64,000 nt of DNA from Felis catus (lineage: Eukaryota). Shown in pieces: positions 52,899 to 64,000 of this stretch. The notes below the pieces were generated by a model. The model searched no databases. It was given only the letters and a program-made list of their open reading frames with translations, and was not told the DNA's origin. Each line of letters starts with the position of its first letter. Within the stretch, counting starts at the first letter, position 1. The DNA is taken from the NCBI RefSeq assembly GCF_018350175.1, contig NC_058368.1, positions 63,862,001-63,926,000 on the forward strand, given 5' to 3'. Made by a program: the position numbers and the translations under genes.

Positions 52899-53113
52899 CT
52901 TTTTTTTTTTTCTAAGTTTATTTTTTATTTTGAGAGGGAGAGAGAATACAAGTGGGGGAGGAACAGAGAGAGAGGGAGAGAGAGAATCCCAAGCAGGCTC
53001 TGCCCTGTCAGTGCAGAGCCCGATGCGGGACTTGAACTCATGAACCATGAGATCATGACCTGAGCCAGAATCAAGAGTTGGACGTGTAACTGACTGAGCC
53101 ACTCAGGCGCCCC
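52899..53113 (-). mobile_element. Can-SINE
   Basis: TSD agatctcttccattttc / agatttcttccattttc. Confidence 0.95.
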
Positions 53114-53319
53114 AGATTTCTTCCATTTTCTAATGCAACACACAAGGAAGGCCTCTCTGATATTTCTCCACAGTCTAGGAATGGGCCCCCTAATTTAGTT
53201 TCCAGGTCAACTGTATCCTTTAAAGACTTTCAATTATTGTTATCATTTTAAAAATGTATTTTTTTTTTTAGAAACTTCTAATTCTGGAAGCTCTTAAAAA
53301 CTAAGACTGCATCTGGGAC

Positions 53320-53660
53320 CAAACCAGCAAGAATTTGCTGAGGGCCTGTTAGATACCAAACTGTGATCCAAACTGTAGGGATGTGAAGAAGACATTACTC
53401 TTGCCTTTATCGAATGTCTCCTCTAATCAGGGAGGCAGACGTGCAAACAAAGGGGTTATAATATCAGATAGCCAGGCCTGAAAAACAGATGCCTGGTGCT
53501 GTGCAAGAAACAAGGATGAACAAATAAAACTGCACAGGCTGCTCAGGCAAGGAGGTGGAGGGGAGATGTGTTTTAAGCTGAATCTTGAAGGACAGGCAGA
53601 AGGTTGGGAGAATGATGGAGGAGAAGGCAATCCAGGGTAGAGGAAACTGCATGTGCTAAC
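53320..53660 (-). mobile_element. L2 fragment
   Basis: atttgctgagggcctg...tcagggaggcagac...ttttaagctgaatcttgaaggac. Confidence 0.6.
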
Positions 53661-53837
53661 CTGGATTCTTATCCCGTAAATATTGAAATATCTTATGCCT
53701 TGTGAGTATATGTGTGCGGTGTTGGCTGGTATGTGTTGGTGGAGGGAAGGGGGGGCTGTCATGGGAAGTTAAGGGGTGGAGAGTGGGTAGATTATGTGCC
53801 ATGGGAAGACATTTTATCTGAATAGTTAGGGTTTTAA

Positions 53838-54033
53838 TATTTATTTATTTTTGACAGAATGAGAGAGCGCAAGCAGGGGAGAGGCAGAGAGAGAGGAAGA
53901 CACAGAATCAGAAGCAGGCTCCAGGCTCTGAGCTGTCAGCACAGAGCCCAACATGGGGCTCAAACCCAGGAGATGTGAGATCATGACCTCAACTGAAGGT
54001 GGAAGCTTAACTGACTGAGCCACCCAGGCGCCA
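53838..54033 (-). mobile_element. Can-SINE
   Basis: TSD tgaatagttagggttttaa / tgaatccttagggttttaa. Confidence 0.95.
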
Positions 54034-55139
54034 ATGAATCCTTAGGGTTTTAAAGCAGTAAAGTGTTGGACTGATTTCTAAAGCCAATTCTGGTTACAAC
54101 ATGGGACATGCATCAAAAAGAAGATGGGAGAGCAAAGCTAGATGGGGATATCATTTGTTAAATGGTTACAGGCCCAAATGAGAAATTATTAATTTGTGTA
54201 TGGCCTTGACATACAGGCTTTGACTAAATATTCTGACAAGCAATGTTTTCCCGTTTTTAAAAAATATTTAAATATTTAAAAAATATTTTCTGTTACTCTT
54301 AAGACTAAGTAAGATGTCTTAAGACTAAGGCAAGCAACCGACATATATAACATAGCCCCTCAATGATAATTAGCTGGAACTTTTACCATCTCCCTGCATT
54401 TATTATGCTCCTGGCTTTAACTGGAAATACTCTCATAACTGTAGAAAAATAATTGTGTGGATATAGTCACCCTTCCAGCAAGTTAATTTTGAATCATCCA
54501 AAGAACAGAATATTTTATTTATTGAGACATTTCATGTAAAACTTGAAAAGGAGGCATGATGGTGTAGAGTAGGCCAAGCATTGACCTGGGAACTGAAATA
54601 TGGATTCTTGTAATAGGACCAACATTAATTGGCTCTGTGGCAGTAGATAAATCTTTTTGTTTTCTTTTTTTTAACCTCATTATAGCTACTGGTGCTTTAT
54701 CGCCTGCAATTCCCAATTCAATTTTTTCTGTATCCGATGTAGCACCCCCCCTCGCCCCCCACCAGCCCTTCTTGCAATCACTTTTTGCCACACCATTCTT
54801 ACTCTCTGTGACCTAAGAACCTCCAAACACAGAATATAAAGTTCTGAAGTAGGAGCTCTCCTCACATTTCTATCCTTATAAACCAAAACTCATCTCAGCA
54901 TTCAGTCTTTCTTCTGTTATTTCAGTCTCAGAGATTTGCTCCAAAGCGAATCACTCAATTTTTGATAATTTTTACTCTCTCTTCTTTTTAGAATGTGAGA
55001 TCTATCAATTTTTAATTTTCTTTTTCTATTTTTTATCAGTTAAGAAAGACTGAATTATGATATGGTAGCAAACAACCCCAACCTATCATTGGTTTAGGAC
55101 AAAAAAAAGTGCTTTTTTTCACAACCTATGCACATCTTA

Positions 55140-55369
55140 TTTTTTTTAATGCTTATTTTTGAGAGAGGGAGGGAGAGAGAGAGAAAGAGAGAGAGAGAGA
55201 TGGAGGGAGCAGGGCAGTGGCAGAGAGAGAAAGAGAGAAAGATCTCAAGCATGCTCCACACTGTCAGTGCAGAGCCTGATATGGGACTCAAACTCACAAA
55301 CTGTGAGATCATAACCTGAGCTGAAATCAAGAGTCAGAGTCTTAACCCACTGAGCCACGCAGGTGACCC
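55140..55369 (-). mobile_element. Can-SINE inside an old MLT1-like LTR (~55050-55670)
   Basis: TSD cacaacctatgcacatctta / cacaacctatgaatatctta. Confidence 0.93.
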
Positions 55370-55856
55370 CACAACCTATGAATATCTTAGACCAGCAGAG
55401 ACACTGCTCAAGTTTACCTGCTTTATGCCTCAGAATGACGAAGCAGCCTCTCTGTGAAACATTGCCAGTCTTTGGGAAGAGGGAAACAGAAGCTGGCCAA
55501 ACCACATTGGTTCTTAAAGCTTAAGCTTAGAAGAAATATACATCACTTCTGCCTACATTTACTAGAACCCAGAGCTAGTCACATACTAAAGTCACATACT
55601 AAAGCTTCAGAGTGACTTTAAGCCTGGAATGTTGAGAATTGGGATATTTGGGAACAAGCTAATGACTACAAACCCTTGTTATCTCCTTCCCTTTCATACA
55701 CAAATATTTTCAACTCTCCTGCATATTCAAACAGACAAACATATGCTCAACCAAAACTCTCTTCATGTTCGTCTTTGGGACTTTTAGTTTCTCACTCTCT
55801 CTTTAATACTCCTCATACTGCAAATCTGAAGTCCATTACTCTGTTTCAGATGCTTT

Positions 55857-56079
55857 TTTTTTTTTAATTTTTTTTTCAACGTTTATTTATTTTTGGGACA
55901 GAAAGAGACAGAGCATGAACGGGGGAGGGGCAGAGAGAGAGGGAGACACAGAATCGGAAACAGGCTCCAGGCTCTGAGCCATCAGCCCAAAGCCTGACAC
56001 GGGGCTCGAACTCACGGACCGCGAGATCGTGACCTGGCTGAAGTCGGACGCTTAACCGACTGCGCCACCCAGGCGCCCC
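55857..56079 (-). mobile_element. Young SINEC_Fc
   Basis: CpG-intact and near-identical to 30099-30314; TSD tgtttcagatgcttt. Confidence 0.97.
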
Positions 56080-56100
56080 TGTTTCAGATGCTTTAATTAC

Positions 56101-56400
56101 TGTATTAGCTTGCTAGGGCTGCCATAACAAAATGCCACAGACCAGGTGGCTTAAACAACGGACATCAGTTCTGGAAGCTAGAAGTCCAAGGGCAAGACAT
56201 TGGCAGGTTTAGGTTCTCCTTAGGTTTTTCTCTCTTGCAGATGGCCACCTTCTCCCTGTGTCCTCACATGGCCTCTCCTTTGCTCATATGCGCCCCTAGC
56301 ATCTCTTCTTGTTATTAGGACACTGGTCATATTGTATTAGAACCTATGTGTACGACCCATTTGAGCCTTTTTGCCTTTTAAAGGCCTTGTCTCAACATAT
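56101..56400 (-). mobile_element. MaLR LTR (MLT1A/B-like)
   Basis: tgtattagcttgctagggctgccataacaaaatgccacagaccaggtggcttaaacaac...cttgcagatggccaccttctccctgtgtcctcacatgg. Confidence 0.85.
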
Positions 56401-56721
56401 GAGTTTTTGAGTGACCACATAGAGAGGACATTTTCATTATTTTAAGTAACCTTTCATAATAGCATTTGACCCTGTGGAGAGTCTCTCTAGGTTCAAATTT
56501 GCTTATTCTTTAAAGTTCAAAGCTCTTATCATTGGCGATTTTCTTCCTTTGCTCTTTCTACTTCTGAGTCCATTTGACTTTTTCTTACTATGTGCTCTTC
56601 ACCCGAGAGATTTCATCCACATTCATGACTTTGGTCACCACCTCTGTAGATAATGACTCTCATGTCACATGTCCAATCCCCTGGTTCCAAGGTTACATAT
56701 CCAACAGCAAACATCCATGGT

Positions 56722-56872
56722 ATTCATGGTTCTTGTACCAGTAGCCTTAGCATCATCTGAGTGCTTCTTTGAAATGTAGATTCTTGGGCTGCACCTCAGA
56801 ACTACTTAACTGAACCTGCATTTTGGCAAGATCCCCAGATGATGTTACACATAGTAAGTCTGAAAGTAGCAT
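56722..56872. mobile_element. MER5A-like MITE within an L2 remnant
   Basis: agcatcatctgagtgcttctttgaaatgtagattcttgggctgcacctcaga...ctgcatttt..caagatccccagatgat. Confidence 0.7.
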
Positions 56873-59101
56873 TCTACTTGATTTCTCTTTCCATATGTTC
56901 CAAAGAAATTGCAAACCAAACATGTTGGGAATAGAATTAATTATTAATTAAGTAGTTTTAACCTGTTCATTAATTTAATTACTCATTGTTGACATTACTA
57001 TATGCCTTCACAATTGTTTTAAGATCTATACTGGTAAACAAAACAAACCAAAAAAAATCCTTGCCTGCCTGAATCTTTTATTCTGGAGTGGGAGACAGAT
57101 GAGAAACAATAAAGCATAGTAAATAAGTACATGACGTGCTAGAATAGAAAGTGATATGCACCATAGAGAGATAAAAATATTGAGCAGGAGAATAGCAATC
57201 CTAAGTATAGTGTGGGACATTGAAAAGAGTTGTATCACCCTTCCTTTACTTCTTATTGCAGTGAATAACACTGAGATAATAATCATCCCCTCAGTCAGTT
57301 GGGGGGAGGTGTTGAAAAAGACAATTAGGAATAATAACTTTTATATTAACTGTCAATTCTAGATTCCTAATGTCTTTCAACTCTATCACTTGCCATGATG
57401 CTCACTGACAGATGTTTTTTCCACACCCTCATATTTTCTCCCCCTGAGTCTTGGTTATAGCCCCCTGAGTGACCTCACTGACTTTCTACCTATTTCCATG
57501 ATCCTGTCATGATGCCATCACTTGCTTGCTGGAAAACTTTTAATGGCTCCCTTTGCCTTCTGAACAAAATGGAAACACTTTTTGATGATCAATAAGGCTG
57601 ATTACAAACTGGCCTCTTCTTACCTTTTTACATAATTCCCATAAGCCCGTTTCCCACGAGCTAAACTGCATATGAGTGTCAGTATTCTCTTTCCTCTTTA
57701 CCTTTCTTATTGTTTTTGTTGTTGTTGTTGTTGTTTGCTTCCTTTTTTTTTTTTTGCATGAAACACTGAGATGAAAGTATTATCTTATTTGTACATTTTT
57801 CCTGATTCCTTCTCTGTCTTCACATGTGCACTATAAACACTGTGTTATTATTGTGCATTTTCACCAGAAAGTGCATTCTTAGCAGGTAGGGACTGTCTTG
57901 TTTAGCTATGGTGCCAACACAGAGCTTGGTACTCAATAGTGTTCAGTAGTTTGTGACAAATAACTGATAGCTGCTGGTTTATAGAATGAGTGGAAATCTA
58001 TGATATGTTGCTTTCAGAGGGAACACATGCAAAGGCATGAAGGTGTGTTTGGGGAACAGCAGGTGTCTCACTTTTGTGGAATCCTAAAGTATGGTTTGAC
58101 CTGCTGCCGAAATAGAGGTGAGAGAGTGCCTTATGTGCCTTTCCAAGATGCTATAGAGAATAGAGAACCATTGATGGCTTTAAGCAAGTGAGTGACATAG
58201 TCTGGGGGTTATCAGATTTGAATTTGAAGAGGTAGCTCTTAGAGGATGAGATGTGATTGTTGAGGAGATTAGAGGTATGCCATTCTAGTGCAGTCATTCC
58301 AGAGAGATGATAGGGGCCTCAGCTAAGGCTGTGAGAGTAGCATTGGGAAAGAGGACTAGAAAAGAAAGATGAAAGCTTTTCCCAGGATGATCTATTGGTT
58401 GTGAAGGCACCATTCACTGAGATTAGGACTAGGTTTGGGGCTGATAAGAAATATCTATTCAGTTTTATACTGTCACTTTGGAGATCTCAACATTCTAGCT
58501 GTTTTGACAGGCCTCTTCATTTCTAGAAGACTCTTTGATTCCAAACAGGTGCTTATTTATAGTGAACAGAATTCAGGACAGGAGTCACACACCTTTCTAT
58601 TTATTAAACCCCATCACTCTAGGAAAGAATCAGTTGGCTTCATCAATTATGTTTTAGTAGCAACATGAGACTTGGTATTTGTTCATGCATTCCAGTTAGT
58701 AGGAATATGGCCCTCATGGGGGAACTTATTTTCTAGGAGAGGAAACCAACTTAAAGCATCAATAAGTATAAATAAGTGGTTACTGTGCTAGTTTGAAAAT
58801 ACAGCATACTTTTTTTTCCTTTGGATTGAGCATAAATTGGAAGTGAGTCAGATTTATGCATCCTACAGTCATTTTGTTATCACTTTCCTGATGAAGCTTT
58901 GCTAAAAATTTGTTTAAATACTCACCAAACACTTGCTGTGGAAACTTCTGATCTCTGTGATAATCAGAATGTTACATATTTGAAAATGACATTTATCCTA
59001 CCTATGGATGAGTAGTTACTCAAAACTCCAGCCACTTCCACAAATAGTTCTTTGAAAACAAGTAAGAAAGAGAATTATAAAATTAATACAGTTGAGCATC
59101 G

Positions 59102-59310
59102 AGGGCACTTGGGTGGCTCAGTCAGTTAACCGTCCAACTCTTGATTTCGCCTCAGGTTATGATCTCACAGTTCCTGAGTTCTCTAGCCCTGTGTTGTGCA
59201 GAGCCTGTTTGGGATTCTTTCTCTACTTCTCTCTTTGCCCCTCCCCAGCTCACACATTCACTCTCTCATGCACATGCTCTCTCTCAAAATAAATACATAA
59301 GCATTAAAGA
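59102..59310 (+). mobile_element. Can-SINE
   Basis: TSD aatacagttgagcatc / aatatagctgagcatc. Confidence 0.93.
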
Positions 59311-60074
59311 AATATAGCTGAGCATCAGTGCTGTCAAAATCAGATTTGATTTTTAAAAATTTGGTCATTTCAGCTGTAATTTAGAGCAACCCCTCCTCTT
59401 TGATCTCATTTTTAAAGAAATTATTTTAAAAATATCAGTGGGGGGTGCAATTTCATAATCACTACGTTTTAATTATTCAACCTGTAGATTTCTGTTTGCT
59501 TTTCTTCTGTCCCTGTCTTCTAGCCCAGGGGACATCTCCTCTTTATTAAGCTAGTGGCTTTTCATTTCGTTGTCACCAAAGCAATGGTTTATGTAAAAAA
59601 GTTCAAAAAGGTAGTTTTTAGGACTTAGTTTTTTGAAATGCTAAAACTCAGGTTCCTGGGACATCAAAGCTTTGATTTTAAAAGTTGGAAATTTTTAAGT
59701 TAAAAAGCAAGCTACTTTTTTGTTGAATTTTCCCTTCCCATAATTGATGGGGAAAGAGATGTACTTCCTGTGAGAGGAAAAAAACTTAATGTATTAAATA
59801 CTATATCTTCCAACAACTTTTATTTTCATGCTTTTGCAATATATTAAATATCTGTTTTTTCATCTTAGTAAAGATATATTATTTTATGTTTTTATACACC
59901 AAAGAGAAGACCCAGATAGGAAAATCACCCAAGTTTAATAAACTTTTAATTAATAAGCAATCAATTAACTTGTTAAGAGCCTCTGACATTTCTATATGGG
60001 TAAGAAAGTAGTTAGTGTCACTGTGGTTCAGATGCCACAGCGAGTAAGAGCTTTTAGGGATACTGTATAAAGTG

Positions 60075-60076
<2 letters not shown>

Positions 60077-60120
<44 letters not shown>
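60077..60120 (+). repeat. (GT)22 microsatellite
   Basis: Read directly from the sequence. Confidence 0.97.
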
Positions 60121-60122
<2 letters not shown>

Positions 60123-60388
60123 TCCTCACAACTCTTGGACTAGAGTTATATAACACTCATCCCCTGTGAAAACTTTGATTCAAAAGAGGAAATTTTAATA
60201 CATCCTCTTTAAAAAAAGTATAGTATTTATCTTGATTGTTAGAAAAGTATTGCGAATATATAACAAATAAGCAGTGAACATTTAAAAAAAATTACATTCT
60301 AAGTTTCACACACAACAAATTATGCCATTTATACTGGCATTTGTTATGGGTTTTTGGTTTTGATTGTTTTTGTTATTTTCCCATTCAG

Positions 60389-60514
60389 GGAATTTATCAA
60401 CAGCCTTAGACTGTACAGGACGTTCTATGGAGGCCTGGCTGATGAGCTCTGCGTTAATGAATTAGCTGCTGCCGATGGACTACCATGCTGGGACGGGGAG
60501 CATATAGTAAAAAG
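60389..60514 (+). CDS. GPC5: Glypican-5 internal coding exon (human exon 5 equivalent), 126 bp, phase 2 to phase 2
   Basis: Acceptor ttttcccattcag| and donor AAG|gtattt. Translates (K)EFINSLRLYRTFYGGLADELCVNELAAADGLPCWDGEHIVK(S), matching recalled human EFINSLRLYRSFYGGLADQLCANELAAADGLPCWNGEDIVKS. The AA from the upstream exon plus G gives Lys in frame. Confidence 0.97.
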
Positions 60515-60950
60515 GTATTTGATATGCAATGGTTGTGAAAGCATAATGGCCTCTTTCATCCTTGCTTTCTTTTCCCAGGTCTTGAATGGACTACTTCAGT
60601 TTTAACGTTGCCACAGAGGTTAGAGTATACGACAGTTTTATCTCTTTAGTTTGTTAGAAATAAATTTGATCCTTTTTGATGTTTAAAATGTGATAGCATT
60701 CTCTGGTGTTTGACCATTCTTTCTTCCTTTCTGCTTTACTTGGGCTTACCAACAATGAAGTATTATTTACCTTCTATCCAATATGTCTTGTTTGTCAAGT
60801 ATCCTATTTTTTTTCATTTAATTTTATTAGTTTTACAAAGTGAAGAAATTCAGTAAAATGTGAATGCCTACACAAAGATTCATTGAAACATGAATTTAAT
60901 GTATTAAATACTATACCTCAGCAACATTAATATGTCCATCCTACAAGTGT

Positions 60951-60953
<3 letters not shown>

Positions 60954-61001
<48 letters not shown>
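60954..61001 (+). repeat. (GT)24 microsatellite
   Basis: Read directly from the sequence. Confidence 0.97.
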
Positions 61002-61005
<4 letters not shown>

Positions 61006-61462
61006 ATGGGGTACTTCCATATGTGTCTGTTGGAGGCACTGTTTATTTGTGTGTTGTCAGGGTGGGGGAAACTCAGGGGGGAAATTTTTTTTGCCTTTTT
61101 TTTCACATTGTCTAGAATTTCTTTGACATTTTATTTTCCTTTGCCTCCTATAAATGACTGTACTCTGAAGTAATCTCCCGGGCTTAAAAAAGAAAAAGAA
61201 AAATCTCCCTTCTTAGTATATAGCAGTAGTCAGTATAACTGGCTGGGAATTGGTCCTTTGATTTTCCAGCCCTGGTGATTGTTTTAGAAACTAGGCTTGG
61301 GTTGCATTTGGAATTGAATGTTTTAGTGTATTTTATTTTCAACAATCTGCAAAAAGAAAGATAGGGTGTTACGCTTTGTGATTTACAAACATGCCTACTC
61401 CACATGAAAATAGGTGGTTTAGTTACCACAAGAGTGGTAAGTTCATTTAAAATATTATTAGC

Positions 61463-61670
61463 GGGGCACCTGGGTGGCTCAGCCAGTTAAGTGTCTGACT
61501 TTGGCTCAGGTCATGATCTCACGATTTGTGAGTCTGAGCCCTGTCGGTCTCTGTGCTGACCCTGCGGAGACTGCTTGGGATTCTGTCTCTCTCCCTCTTT
61601 CTCTGCCCCTCCCCAACTTGCACTGTTTTTCCCGCTCAAAATAAATAAATAACCTTAAAAATTTTTTTAA
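61463..61670 (+). mobile_element. Can-SINE
   Basis: Perfect 17-bp TSD tttaaaatattattagc at 61446-61462 and 61671-61687. Confidence 0.96.
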
Positions 61671-61994
61671 TTTAAAATATTATTAGCAAATTAAGCTTAA
61701 CCATAACACGTACATACTGTAATTAAATAAATTTAAATAATGGAAACTGTTTACATATTTCTGTGTGATCATATTTATTATAACGCTTGTATTCCTTATA
61801 CATTAAATGATTATTTTATAGTTTATATCTGAATATCTCATAGAGATTCTTAGATTGCACAGAAAAAAAATTATTGAAGGGAGGAATGTAATTTAGCCAA
61901 TTGTTTTTGGGGGTATAATTAAATTTGAATAAAGTACTTGACATGGATAGTGTTCTTTCTTTAATTATGTTCTTTGGATGTTAGAATGTATTTT

Positions 61995-62843
61995 TTTTAA
62001 TTTTATATTTTATTTTTTAAAATTTACATCCAAATTAGTTAGCATATAGTGAAACAATGATTTCAGGAGTAGATGCCTTAATTCCCCTTACCCATTTAGC
62101 CCATCCCCCCTCCCACAACCCCTCTAGCAACCCTCAGTTTGTTCTCCATATTTATGAGTCTCTTCTGTTTTGTCTCCCTCCCTGTTTTTATATTATTTTT
62201 ACTTCCCTTCCCTTATGTTCATCTGTTTTGTCTCTTAAAGTCCTCATATGAGGAAGTCATATGATTTTTGTATTTCTCTGACTAATTTCACTTAGCATAA
62301 TACCCTCCAGTTCCATCCACGTAGTTGCATATGGCAAGATTTCATTCTTTTTGATTGCTGAGTAATACTCCATTGTGTATATATATATATGTTTATATAT
62401 ATATGTGTGTGTATGTGTGTATGTGTATATATATATACACACACACACATACACACACCACATCCTCTTTATCCATTCATCCATCGATGGACATTTGGGC
62501 TCCTTCCATACTTTGGCTATTGTTGATAGTGCTGCTATAAACATGGGGGTGCATGTGTCCCTTTGAAACAGCACACCTGTATCCCTTGGATAAATGCCTA
62601 GTAGTGCAATTGCTGGGTCATAGGGTAGTTCTATTTTTAGTTTTTTGAGGAATCTCCGTACTGTTTTCCAGAGTGGCTGCTCCAGGTTGCATTCCCACCA
62701 ACAATGCAAAAGAGCTCCCCTTTCTCTGCATCCTCGCCAACATCTGTTTTTGCCTGAGTTGTAAATGTTAGCCATTCTGACAGGTGTGAGGTGGTATCTC
62801 ATTGTGGTTTTGATTTCTATTTCCCTGATGATGAGTGATGTGG
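61995..62843 (-). mobile_element. 5'-truncated felid L1 (end of ORF2 plus 3'UTR)
   Basis: ORF 62257-62916 contains the L1 ORF2 C-terminus ([24 protein letters not shown]...CWRGC...[16 protein letters not shown]); TSD agaatgtatttttt / agaatatatttttt. Confidence 0.95.
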
Positions 62844-64000
62844 AATTGAGAATATATTTTTTTTTCTTGAGAATATATTTTTTAAAATTTGTATTTCTTG
62901 CCTTTACTGAGAGCACTTACAGTATGTAGAACTTTGAGTTCTTACAGTCTTCATGCCAGTGAAAGTTCTATCACTTAGGTCTAGTAATTAAATTATACTT
63001 TGACTTGTGCTATCTCTTTTTACCTTGTGCAAACTGGAAGGGAGGTTTTTTGTGTGTATTAACAATTTTTCTACAAAGAGTAATGAGAATCCCATGGGGA
63101 TTAATGAAAGATTTAGTATATTATATAAGTATATATAATATATTACATTACATTATATCATGTCATTCTAGAGCCCCAAGAACCTTAGTTTCAGTTTGTT
63201 CCACTCTTCTCCACTATTTGGGCTGGGGTTTGTATAATAAGAAATACTGTTGGGGAAATCAGTGATTTGGAAAAACTTTTTAGAGGGATAGTATTTTCAA
63301 CTCAAAGAATGTATTTTCTTCTATATTGTATATTTCTTAAGACTTCATTCATGGCTTAAGAATTTTTAAAAAAGCTCATATTTAGCAAGAATTCTCTATA
63401 GAAAGTGTCTACATTTCTGATAAAGGAAGTGATTCTCATTACTCTCATTTGTTTCCAGCTCATTCTCCCCTTCCCTGCATCACCCAGCCTCTTGTCTGTC
63501 AGCTACTTCCAAGTGCACTGTTCCACATCACTCTCCTGAGAACAGCTTGCACTTTGCTTTAATCTTTTCTCAAACACCCCTTCTACCTCATGACCATAAC
63601 TGCCATTTTCTTCTCCTTGAGAATATTTCCTCTGGTCCATCCCAATCTCATAGGTCCCCAATCTACTTCCACTCCTCTTGGCTCCCCTGGCATCAGGCAA
63701 GCCTCCCACACTGGCTCTCTACCACCATCTCCAGGCTGCTTCCAAATATTCTTAAGCCCTGATTATTTTCTAGCAGACAAGGTTTTATAAGCATTATCTC
63801 ATTTAATTCTCCTAAAACTTTACTCCTTAGTGCTCCAAAATAAGCTGACTGGGTGGCATCTCTTTTCTGTTTGATTTTGAGAAAACTCTCATGCGTATTT
63901 GAATTTTTTAAAAAAATATATATCATTTAAATTATATTTTTATTTGTGGCTCAGCCAATTCTTGATATAAATATTCAACAGGATTATTTTGTCTTCAATA

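Larger units (their letters stand above)
38135..60388 (+). other. GPC5: GPC5 intron between the two exons (22,254 bp, GT-AG)
   Basis: GT at 38135, AG at 60387-60388, and compatible exon phases. Confidence 0.93.

Noticed and set aside
54255..54330. Palindrome aaatatttaaatattt and duplicated tcttaagactaag
   Set aside because: AT-only or short slippage-type duplications with no supporting context.
5568..59292. Many short ORFs with motifs such as WVAQSVK..TSAQVMIS, and tRNA-like A/B boxes
   Set aside because: These are translations of Can-SINEs, whose heads are tRNA-derived. They are neither proteins nor tRNA genes.
60354..60605. 83-aa ORF as a stand-alone small gene
   Set aside because: It is GPC5 exon 5 plus in-frame intronic flanks; splice sites delimit 60389-60514.
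1..64000. Prokaryotic-type systems (CRISPR arrays, operons, defence islands)
   Set aside because: The sequence is mammalian intron with no regularly spaced repeat-spacer structure or dense ORFs.

Overview
Mammalian genomic DNA, almost certainly felid (many SINEC_Fc-type Can-SINEs and carnivore L1s). It lies inside the glypican-5 gene (GPC5, + strand). Two coding exons are present: 38001-38134 (INKICGRPIRTPTQSPRCSF...ETLANRRK, missed by the ORF track) and 60389-60514 (EFINSLRLYRTFYGGLADELC...CWDGEHIVK). They splice in frame and match human exons 4 and 5 as I recall them. The rest is intron with about 27 Can-SINEs, a full-length but dead antisense L1, and old L1/L2/MIR/LTR/hAT fragments. The most notable hidden element is a heavily decayed, intronless MIA2/cTAGE5 retrocopy on the - strand (~3450-6060). 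It was copied from an exon-skipped isoform and later split by two SINEs. Other candidates are a homeodomain-site cluster in intron 4, (GT)n tracts and a 20-bp direct repeat bracketing exon 5, alternating inverted SINEs, and a possibly twin-primed mini-L1. All family and homology calls come from my recollection of consensus and protein sequences, not from searches. Old-repeat boundaries are approximate.
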